A model generated the notes under the pieces. It saw only the letters and a program-made list of their open reading frames with translations, ran no database searches and was not told the DNA's origin. From Leptolyngbyaceae cyanobacterium (GTDB lineage: Bacteria; Cyanobacteriota; Cyanobacteriia; Phormidesmidales; Phormidesmidaceae), in NCBI GenBank assembly GCA_050331235.1, contig JBHJHA010000094.1, forward strand, positions 1 to 56,623: a stretch of 56,623 nt of DNA. The letters are read 5' to 3'. The position numbers and the translations under genes were made by a program. Positions 48,889 to 56,623 of this stretch are shown here, in pieces. Numbering within the stretch: position 1 is the stretch's first letter; each line of letters starts with the position of its first letter.

Positions 48889-49911
48889 ATGAGCGGACTG
48901 GGCGGATTAAATAAGACTCCCAACGGTGTCGTCTTGGGAATGGTGCAGGCGCAGTTGCCGAATGTTGTCACCCCTGATGACCTCGCCGCACAAACCCAGC
49001 GCATTGTGGAGATGATCGGCAAGGCCCGTCGCAACATGCCTACGATGGATCTCGTCGTCTTCCCAGAATACTCGCTGCACGGGTTGTCGATGGATACGAA
49101 CCCTGACATCATGTGCCGCTTAGATGGCCCAGAGGTGGCTGCTTTCCGCCAAGCCTGTGTCGATCAGTCCATTTGGGGTTGCTTCTCCATCATGGAGTTC
49201 AACCCCAAGGGCAATCCCTACAACAGCGGCCTCATTATTGACGACAAAGGAGAACTGAAGCTCTACTACCGTAAGCTTCATCCTTGGGTGCCCGTGGAAC
49301 CTTGGGAGCCCGGCAATATTGGCATTCCCGTTTGCGAAGGCCCGAACGGCAGCACCCTCGCGTTGATCATCTGCCACGATGGCATGTTCCCCGAAATGGC
49401 TCGGGAATGTGCCTATAAAGGGGCCGAAATCATGATCCGCACGGCAGGTTACACCGCCCCTATTCGCAGCTCTTGGCGGGTGACGAACCAAAGCAATGCC
49501 TTTTGTAACCTCATGGTGACGGCCTCGGTCTGTATGTGTGGGACGGATGGCACCTTTGATTCCATGGGTGAGGGCATGATCGTCAACTTCGACGGTGAAC
49601 CGCTCGCGATGGGCAGCCATCGCCCCGACGAAATCATCACCGCCGAGGTGCGTCCCGACCTGGTGCGCGAAGCCCGCAAATATTGGAGCGTGGAGAACAA
49701 TATCTATCAGTTCGGCCATCGCGGCTACGTCGCCGTGCAAGGCGGGGCCCAAGACTGCCCCTACACCTACATGAAAGATATGGTGGCTGGCAATTACCGT
49801 CTGCCCTGGGAAGACGAAGTGGTTTACACCGATGGCACCTCCTGCGGCTTTGATGCGCCCACGCGGGACTACCAAGGCGAAGAAATGCCGTCGTTGCCGA
49901 GTCAAGTGTGA
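48889..49911 (+). CDS. amiF: Formamidase, AmiF type (nitrilase superfamily)
   Basis: DLVVFPEYS, YRKLHPWVPVEPWEPG, IICHDGMFPE (E-K-C triad), ENNIYQFGHRGYVAV. Confidence 0.88.
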   Translation: MSGLGGLNKTPNGVVLGMVQAQLPNVVTPDDLAAQTQRIVEMIGKARRNMPTMDLVVFPEYSLHGLSMDTNPDIMCRLDGPEVAAFRQACVDQSIWGCFSIMEFNPKGNPYNSGLIIDDKGELKLYYRKLHPWVPVEPWEPGNIGIPVCEGPNGSTLALIICHDGMFPEMARECAYKGAEIMIRTAGYTAPIRSSWRVTNQSNAFCNLMVTASVCMCGTDGTFDSMGEGMIVNFDGEPLAMGSHRPDEIITAEVRPDLVREARKYWSVENNIYQFGHRGYVAVQGGAQDCPYTYMKDMVAGNYRLPWEDEVVYTDGTSCGFDAPTRDYQGEEMPSLPSQV

Positions 49912-50053
49912 GCTTGAGAACCGCCAATCAAGGTACGATCGCTGATACCGCTGGGCTCAGTAGCACCTTTGCCCTGTAGTGATGTCCGGTTTTCTCAACT
50001 AGGGAAGAGCGGGTTCACTACAGTAGGATGGGATAGCCGCTTGGAGGTGTGCT

Positions 50054-50992
50054 GTGTTCATCAGTGTTGTCATTCCTACCTACAATCGCAAACCGATTTT
50101 AGAAAAGTGTCTGCGGGCAATGGAGCAGCAGCACTGGCCCGGCAATAGCCCTGTCGAAGGCTATGAAATTGTGATTGTGGATGATGGTTCGACGGATGGG
50201 ACGGTGGGCTGGTTGCAGGAGAATGCGGCGGAGTTTCCCCATGTGCGCCTGTTTGAGCAAGATCATAAAGGGCCGGCGATCGCCCGTAACCTGGGCGTCA
50301 CCAAAGCGCAGGGAGATACGATTATTTTCATTGACAGCGACTTAGTCGTGCTGCCTGACTTTTTGCACTACCACGGCACGGCGCTGCGGCAAGCCTATGC
50401 CGAGAAGGGCAGCGATCGTGTGTTTACGTACGGTCGCGTGGTCAATACCTGTAACTTTGCCGATCCGACATCGGAGCCCTTTAAGGTAACCGACTATTCC
50501 CAAGCCTTCTTTGCTACGGGGAATGTGGCGATCGCGCGCCACTGGCTGCTTGAGGCTGGGCTCTTTGATACACAGTTTCAGCTTTACGGTTGGGAAGACC
50601 TGGAACTCGGTGTGCGCCTCAAGAATCTCGGCTTGTCATTGGTGAAAGTGCCGGCGGCCGTTGGCTATCACTGGCACCCGCCTTTTTCCCTTGACCAGGT
50701 GCCCTCGCTCATTGATAAAGAAATCCAGCGCGGTCGTATGGGGGTGCTCTTTTACCAAAAGCATCCTACCTGGGACGTGCGGATGATGATTCAGATGGCT
50801 TGGCTGCATCGAGGGTTGTGGGGACTTCTCTCGCTGGGCGGTCGGCTCAATGAGAACACCCTCGCCCCGCTGCTGCAATGGCTGATCAATCGTGGTCGTC
50901 CCCAGCTGGCCCTAGAGGTCGCACGGATATTCCTTAATTGGTATAACGTGCAAGGGGTCTATGCCGCCTACGCAGAGCAACAGCAGGCATAA
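50054..50992 (+). CDS. GT2 glycosyltransferase
   Basis: SVVIPTYNR, VDDGSTD, FIDSD, GWEDLELG. Confidence 0.9.
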   Translation: MFISVVIPTYNRKPILEKCLRAMEQQHWPGNSPVEGYEIVIVDDGSTDGTVGWLQENAAEFPHVRLFEQDHKGPAIARNLGVTKAQGDTIIFIDSDLVVLPDFLHYHGTALRQAYAEKGSDRVFTYGRVVNTCNFADPTSEPFKVTDYSQAFFATGNVAIARHWLLEAGLFDTQFQLYGWEDLELGVRLKNLGLSLVKVPAAVGYHWHPPFSLDQVPSLIDKEIQRGRMGVLFYQKHPTWDVRMMIQMAWLHRGLWGLLSLGGRLNENTLAPLLQWLINRGRPQLALEVARIFLNWYNVQGVYAAYAEQQQA

Positions 50993-51029
50993 TTGAGCCA
51001 CCCACCATGACTAATTTGCTAACGGTATT

Positions 51030-51617
51030 GTGATTCCATTTCAGTACGATACGACCGCGATCGTTGAGGGGTATGCCAAGGGTTACTTCTTGATGTCTGA
51101 TGATAATGGTCGTGGCTTGGGCTGGTATTCGAGCCGCCAGCGGACGTTGATTCCGCTAGATGACCGATTTCGGTATCCCAAATCGCTGCGCCGCGCGATT
51201 AATCAAGAGCGCTTTCAGACGGCGGTCAATCGAGATTTTTTGGCCGTTGTCAACGGCTGTGCCAATCGAGACACCACTTGGATTTCAAACGATCTCAAAG
51301 AAATCTATTGGGAGCTACATCAGGCAGGTTGGGCCTATAGCTTTGAGACTTGGCGCGGTGACGAGTTGGCCGGTGGCATCCTTGGGTTAGCGATCGGGGG
51401 CGCATTCATCGGTGAGTCCATGTTCTACCGCATTCCAGAAGGCTCCAAGGTGGCCATGGTGAAGCTGGTGGAACACTTGCGCTCGCACCGGTATCTCTTT
51501 TTTGATGCTCAGATGATGAATCCCCACTTGGCTCGCTTTGGCGCCTACATCATCTCGAACAAAGATTATCGCAAACTACTGAAGCAAGCCCTGACGATGC
51601 CCTGTGCGTTTACCTAA
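51030..51617 (+). CDS. aat: Leucyl/phenylalanyl-tRNA-protein transferase
   Basis: GYFLM, TWIS, AGGILGLAIGGAFIGESMF, SKVAM, DAQMMNPHL. Confidence 0.92.
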   Translation: MIPFQYDTTAIVEGYAKGYFLMSDDNGRGLGWYSSRQRTLIPLDDRFRYPKSLRRAINQERFQTAVNRDFLAVVNGCANRDTTWISNDLKEIYWELHQAGWAYSFETWRGDELAGGILGLAIGGAFIGESMFYRIPEGSKVAMVKLVEHLRSHRYLFFDAQMMNPHLARFGAYIISNKDYRKLLKQALTMPCAFT

Positions 51618-51798
51618 AATGGTCACGGCAGTCCATTGCTATCCGAATTGTGTCCATAACGACACAGGATCGCTCCTGGTGGGCATCATCAAGCACTGCC
51701 CCCGGTTGCGAACCGCAGTTAGGTTGGGATACTGGCAATTTCTGGCGTATGGTGAGCACGCGAGCGGCCACACTCAGCAAGCGTCGTCGCTCCGAGGT

Positions 51799-52842
51799 TT
51801 AGAGGACTTCGCCTGATAGCCAGTCTTGAGGTTTTAGGAAGGTGTCATAGAGTTGACGCTCGGGGCTACCCTCTTCTGGATGGTAGCTATATTCCCATCG
51901 CACCAATGGTGGCAGCGACATCAAGATAGATTCGGTGCGCCCATTTGTTTGGAGGCCGAAAATGGTGCCCCGGTCATATACCAGGTTGAACTCGACGTAG
52001 CGACCCCGGCGATATAGCTGAAAGTGTCGCTCGCGATCGCCATAGGCTTGAGCTTTATGCTGCTGAGCAATCGGTACATAGGCCGGCAAAAAAGCCTGAC
52101 CACAGTCATTGACAAACGCAAATAAGTCTTCCCAGGTGCGCTGGGGCAACTCACCGATCTGTTGGCTATGGTGAGCGGCTGGGCCAGACTCATGGGGACC
52201 GCGATAAAGTTCGCCGCGGCCATCTTGATAGTCAAAGAAAATTCCGCCGACGCCCCGGGTTTCGTCGCGATGTTTCAGGTAAAAATACTCGTCACACCAA
52301 TGTTTGAACACTGGATAGTATTCGGCATGGTTGCGATCGCACGCTTGCTTCAGCGTTTGGTGAAAGTGCTTAACATCCTGAATATCGGGGTAGTAAGGGG
52401 TCAAGTCGATGCCACCACCGAACCACCACACCGGCCCCGCCTCAAAGTAACGATAGTTGAGATGCACAGTGGGAATGTAGGGATTGTGGGGGTGCAGCAC
52501 CATGGATGTCCCCGTTGCATAGAAACCGTGGCCGGCTGCCTCGGGACGCTGTACCAAAATGCTGGGAGGTAACTGTTTTCCCCACACCTCAGAAAAGTTA
52601 ACGCCGCCCTGTTCAAAGACACCACCATTTTTTAGAACTCGAGACCGACCGCCGCCACCTTCCGGGCGTTCCCACTGGTCCTGCTGGAATTTAGCCGCTC
52701 CGTCAAGTTCCTCCAGCCCCTGACATATTTCATCCTGGATTCCCTTCATAAACTGACTTACCCGCTCTCGGGAGTCAGCGGGAGGAGGAGCGGGTATGGC
52801 GTTTTGCGATGGGTTGCGATTAGGCGCAGAAGAAGTCGTCAT
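51799..52842 (-). CDS. hemF: Oxygen-dependent coproporphyrinogen III oxidase
   Basis: [57 protein letters not shown]; start at MTTSSAP. Confidence 0.96.
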   Translation of the reverse strand: MTTSSAPNRNPSQNAIPAPPPADSRERVSQFMKGIQDEICQGLEELDGAAKFQQDQWERPEGGGGRSRVLKNGGVFEQGGVNFSEVWGKQLPPSILVQRPEAAGHGFYATGTSMVLHPHNPYIPTVHLNYRYFEAGPVWWFGGGIDLTPYYPDIQDVKHFHQTLKQACDRNHAEYYPVFKHWCDEYFYLKHRDETRGVGGIFFDYQDGRGELYRGPHESGPAAHHSQQIGELPQRTWEDLFAFVNDCGQAFLPAYVPIAQQHKAQAYGDRERHFQLYRRGRYVEFNLVYDRGTIFGLQTNGRTESILMSLPPLVRWEYSYHPEEGSPERQLYDTFLKPQDWLSGEVL

Positions 52843-53390
52843 GAAAACGGCAGAACTTAGTAAGTAAACGATTAAACCGGGTGCGATCGCGCCATCGAGG
52901 TCCCTCAGATCATTGGCTATGGCAGCCTTTGCCTGCCGCCGGAGGACATCGTTCCGTCTGTAGCAAATCAGTGACGGTAAACGACCCGAGGAAAACGCTA
53001 ACGGATCCACTCACCCAACAGCCCGCTGGAAACCCGTTTGAAGCCATCGGTTTCCTAAACCAATTAAGCTAAGCCTAAGTTTCATCGGGGTTAGACGATT
53101 TTAACCCTAGCTTGTGTTGACAAGCATTACTGCCAGCCCAAAACATTTCTCTACAATGAGAAAGCTATCAAAATATTGAGAACGCTAAATATTTAACTCA
53201 GTTTTTCCGCCTGCGTGGAGGGAGTGATTAAACATATACAACACGCTCGCTGTCGATATTACACCTCGTCGCTATTTCTCTCCAGAGCTAGCAGAGTGTT
53301 GCCGTTTTATTCACTGAGGAGATCGCGGTCTCAGTCTCTGCAACTCGCCTCTCGTAGGCTTTTTCAGCGTTATCGTCTCACCTGTCTGAT

Positions 53391-53939
53391 ATGAACCTGC
53401 CTCAGTTTTTTTGGAGAAATCCGTTGTCCCATCGGCGATCGCTGGCCACTACCACATTGGCGCAGCAGTCGTCATCGCGGCTGTTTTATCGCACCTACCA
53501 GGTTTTGAGCTCTGCCCCCATTGAGACGCTATGGCAAACGATCAGTAATTTGGCCGATATTTCCTCATGGCATCCTCTCATCAACAGCACTAATGCCCCC
53601 CGTGGTCTAATGGCTAAACCGGGGCTAATTTATTGCGTCTGCCCACGCTGGTTACCCATCCCGATCCGTATCTTCATTGAACGCGTATCGCCCCAGGAAC
53701 TCATCAGTGTGCGTTTGTTTCCTATTCCAGGACTCGAAGAGCGGGTGATTTATCGTTTGGAGTCTACCGTTTGCGGAACACAAATTTCGTACTCCATCAG
53801 CCTCCGCGGTTGGTTATCACCGCTAGCCTGGTCAGTGCTCAAGCCATTTGCCTCTAAGGTTGCCGAGGCGATCGCCCGGGCCGCCGAAGACGCAGCCCAA
53901 GCAGCTATGCCGACCCAACACTCCAGCCTCGAAGGCTAG
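53391..53939 (+). CDS. SRPBCC/START-fold protein
   Basis: SAPIETLWQ...LADISSWHPL...ISYSISLRGWLSPL. Confidence 0.75.
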   Translation: MNLPQFFWRNPLSHRRSLATTTLAQQSSSRLFYRTYQVLSSAPIETLWQTISNLADISSWHPLINSTNAPRGLMAKPGLIYCVCPRWLPIPIRIFIERVSPQELISVRLFPIPGLEERVIYRLESTVCGTQISYSISLRGWLSPLAWSVLKPFASKVAEAIARAAEDAAQAAMPTQHSSLEG

Positions 53940-53962
53940 TTGCCGACCCGCTTTCCCTGCCC

Positions 53963-55150
53963 TTACAGCATGATGTAAGACGAATTAGACGCATAGGCCG
54001 GAGCCACCAAATGCTGATAAATGTCTTCGACTTGAGAGACATTTTTGGCCAGGGTATAGCGTTCAACAACACGATGTCGGGCTTTTTGACCTAAGAGGCG
54101 AGTCATCTCCGGGTGGTCGCGAAAGATCGGCAAAATCGTCTGGAGTTGACGCCGCACCCGCTGCGTATCGACAACGATGCCAGCGCCGTCTTCAAGCACT
54201 TCCCCATCGGCCCCTGCATCGGTCGCCACACAGGCCGTGCCACAGGCCATCGCCTCCAGTAATGACAGCGATAGCCCCTCTACCATCGAAGGCAGCACAA
54301 AGGCATCCGCTCCCCGCAAAATATCAATGCGGCGCGATTCGTCGCGAACAAAGCCCAACCAGTGAATCGATTTATCGTGGCTGTAAAACAGCTTGAGGGA
54401 TGACTCAAGCGGTCCATTGCCGACAATGGCCAGCTGACAGTCAGGCCCCATTTGTGCTTGCTGCCAGGCTCGAAGCAGGGCTTCGACGTTTTTTTCTGGA
54501 GAGAGGCGCCCTTGATACACGAAGAGCTGCCGCGCCTGCAACGTCGATTTAATTGCGGAGGGACCTGGCGAATATTTATGGGCATCAACCCCATTGGGAA
54601 TCACGGCCAACGTCTCCGCTGGCACACCGAGGCGCTGCAGGATGTCGCGCTGCAGTTTTGAAAAGATGATGACGCGATCGCAGCGCGCCAACATAGGGGC
54701 ATATACCTGATAGGCAACGTGCTGAGCTCCCGAACTCAAGGTCCGCAATTTGCGGTCAAAAGCTGGGTGAAAGGTGGCCACCAAGGGCAATCTTAGATCA
54801 GCGCAAATATCCGGCAAGCGAAAATCGAGGGGCGACAACGTCAAAGAGGCGTGGACGATGTCGGGCTGTAGTTCTTGAAGCTTTTCGGCCAGAATTCTGC
54901 CCGAACGCCAGGCCGGAATTGTCACCATCTGTGACTTAAACAGGAATGGTAAGGCAATCTCGGCGCAGCCTGCAGGGGGTGCCCCCTCGTTCCACAAGTG
55001 TTGAGCAACGCTCCTTGTCCGAGAGTGATCCTGATCAAAGTGCAAAAATGTAACTCGGTAGCCGCGCTCGAGCAGCGCCTGAGTAATCTCTCGGCCGTAA
55101 GTGACGTTGCCACAAAACGGTGATTTTTTGCCAAGCCACGCTACATGCAT
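53963..55150 (-). CDS. dgdA: GT4 glycosyltransferase, digalactosyldiacylglycerol synthase DgdA-like
   Basis: MHVAWLGKKSPFCGNVTYGRE, HASLTLSPLDF, ATFHP, EGLSLSLLEAMACG, TDAGADGE. Confidence 0.82.
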   Translation of the reverse strand: MHVAWLGKKSPFCGNVTYGREITQALLERGYRVTFLHFDQDHSRTRSVAQHLWNEGAPPAGCAEIALPFLFKSQMVTIPAWRSGRILAEKLQELQPDIVHASLTLSPLDFRLPDICADLRLPLVATFHPAFDRKLRTLSSGAQHVAYQVYAPMLARCDRVIIFSKLQRDILQRLGVPAETLAVIPNGVDAHKYSPGPSAIKSTLQARQLFVYQGRLSPEKNVEALLRAWQQAQMGPDCQLAIVGNGPLESSLKLFYSHDKSIHWLGFVRDESRRIDILRGADAFVLPSMVEGLSLSLLEAMACGTACVATDAGADGEVLEDGAGIVVDTQRVRRQLQTILPIFRDHPEMTRLLGQKARHRVVERYTLAKNVSQVEDIYQHLVAPAYASNSSYIML

Positions 55151-55229
55151 CTACAGGAAGGAAGCCGTTTTTACCCCAAGTTGAGGGCATTGACCGCTAA
55201 TCGCCTAAAACCCAGGCGCGATCGCCTGC

Positions 55230-56623
55230 TTACTCAACGAGAGAGGCGTCTACCGTGCTGTCATCACCCGTACCGGCACTATACCAGGTCAACAGCCCCC
55301 CCGAAGCAATAACTCCGGCCAGGATGGCTAAAACCAAAGGCAGCCCTAACCAGTTTTCCGCAACGCTAGCTAAGGCTAGGGGTAGGCTCAAAGCGATATT
55401 AACAACATTATTCTGCAAACCAAAGACCTTCCCCCGCATTGCGGCCGGGGTTTTTTCTTGAATTGTAGTTTGCATCGGAATGCCAATTAGCGCCGCAAAG
55501 AATCCTAGCAGGGTAATCAAGCCCAACGTCGCCCCCAACTGTTGTGTGGTCAGAGCCATGCCACCCAAGGCTCCAGCCGTGCCAAATGAGCCCAAGAGGC
55601 CCAGCCAGCCCCGGGCAATTTGTGAACCAAACTGTCCGATTACGGCTGCCCCGATCGCCATGCCCGCCCCTGCTGCCGCCAATAAAAACCCAAACTGATC
55701 TGGGTCAAGTGCTGGCATCAGCTCCGCTAGTCGCACCGCCAGCACCGCCAACGCCGCAAACACAGAGAATAGCAAGACTAGCTGAATGATGGCGTTACGT
55801 ACGGCGCGCTGCTGACTCAAATAGCGCAGCCCCTCCTTGATGTCTTGCCAAGGGTGGGGAGGCTCATGGTCGGGTTGAGTATCTCGGGAGGAGTTGACGG
55901 CCAACAACAGCAGCCCTGCTAAGACATAGCCGCCCCCTACCAGCAGTGACTTGCCCCAACCCGCTCCACCGTCGACCCCTTGCAGCAGTTCGTCGGCCAC
56001 CGATAGCAAAGGCTCACCGATCGCAAAGCCGATGATGACCGACGCCATCATAGTTGTCGTGTAAAGCGAGTTAGCCGATAAGAGACGGCTTTTTTGGACA
56101 ATGAGTGGAATCATCGCCTGCTCAGCGGGGGCAAAAAACTGCGTCAGCGTGGAGACTAAAAACGTCACCAATAAGAGACCGACGAAGCCGATCGGCACAC
56201 CGCCCCAAGTACCCCAACCGCGGGAGCTCCAGAGGAAAAAAGGCAAGGCCACCACCAAGCCCCCCCGCAGTAAGTTAGTCACCACCAAAACCGCTTGTTT
56301 ACTCCAGCGGTCAACATATACGCCCGCTAAAGACCCAAACAAGACTGCGGGAATTGTAAAGGAAACCATAATCGCCGACACCCAGCCGCTAATCGTCTGA
56401 TCAGGTGCATCAAACTGACTGCCAATGATGGCAATCATCAAAACGAGATAAACCTTATCCGCGAGCTGAGAGAAGACCTGACCAGTCCAGAGCGTGAGAA
56501 AGTTACGGTTTTGCAGCACCGGCCAAAAGCCGCTCTCCGCAGCCTTGACGTCAGCTGGAGGGTTCGCTATGGCTGCTCCATCATCCGCCGGTTCAGCATC
56601 AGGATTTTGAGCAGATTCTTGGT
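55230..56623 (-). CDS. MFS transporter, 5'-partial
   Basis: LWTGQVFSQLADKVYLV, AGVYVDRWSK, TQFFAPAEQ, MRGKVFG; frame stays open to the window end. Confidence 0.9.
   Translation of the reverse strand, partial: QESAQNPDAEPADDGAAIANPPADVKAAESGFWPVLQNRNFLTLWTGQVFSQLADKVYLVLMIAIIGSQFDAPDQTISGWVSAIMVSFTIPAVLFGSLAGVYVDRWSKQAVLVVTNLLRGGLVVALPFFLWSSRGWGTWGGVPIGFVGLLLVTFLVSTLTQFFAPAEQAMIPLIVQKSRLLSANSLYTTTMMASVIIGFAIGEPLLSVADELLQGVDGGAGWGKSLLVGGGYVLAGLLLLAVNSSRDTQPDHEPPHPWQDIKEGLRYLSQQRAVRNAIIQLVLLFSVFAALAVLAVRLAELMPALDPDQFGFLLAAAGAGMAIGAAVIGQFGSQIARGWLGLLGSFGTAGALGGMALTTQQLGATLGLITLLGFFAALIGIPMQTTIQEKTPAAMRGKVFGLQNNVVNIALSLPLALASVAENWLGLPLVLAILAGVIASGGLLTWYSAGTGDDSTVDASLVE

Larger units (their letters stand above)
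1..56623. repeat. HIP1 octamer GCGATCGC dispersed throughout
   Basis: Dozens of copies in coding and non-coding DNA (e.g. 242, 4642, 48508); cyanobacterial genomic signature. Confidence 0.95.

Noticed and set aside
49120..49905. 261-aa antisense ORF
   Set aside because: Mirror frame of formamidase, explained by codon bias
52843..53010. N-terminal extension of hemF in the track
   Set aside because: Unlike HemF; ATG at 52842 gives normal length
53155..53195. Fur-like AT-rich motif between hemF and the SRPBCC gene
   Set aside because: TGAGAAAGCTATCA does not fit 7-1-7 symmetry; too weak
1..56623. CRISPR array, IS element, prophage or defence system
   Set aside because: No regularly spaced repeats, transposase, integrase or recognisable defence domains; the recurring GCGATCGC is HIP1

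Overview
Chromosomal window from a cyanobacterium. HIP1 GCGATCGC octamers occur throughout, and petL, ccsA, dgdA, a CPP1-like gene and an Npun_R1517-like gene are present; the gene content looks like a filamentous Leptolyngbya/Nodosilinea-type organism (inference). It is mostly core and housekeeping genes (purN, trmFO, cobJ, ccsA, ctaA/ctaB, hemF, aat, dgdA, tRNA-Glu, glycosyltransferases), with no transposase, integrase or CRISPR array seen. Highlights: (1) an ethylene-receptor-type sensor domain fused to PAS-PAS-GGDEF-EAL, with an in-frame TAA that cuts off the conserved EAL tail; (2) a dispersed set of organic-nitrogen genes carrying NtcA-type boxes: dihydropyrimidinase plus a GGCT/allophanate-hydrolase-C-like gene divergent from an M20 carbamoylase, a Pot-like ABC operon, and an AmiF-type formamidase; (3) a photolyase-family protein with plant-cryptochrome-like Asp at the flavin N5 position, altered CPD-binding residues and a C-terminal extension; (4) ORFs missing from the ORF track (a GT2/GT-C fusion, petL, a 46-aa ORF). 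All family calls come from motif recognition; no database searches were run.
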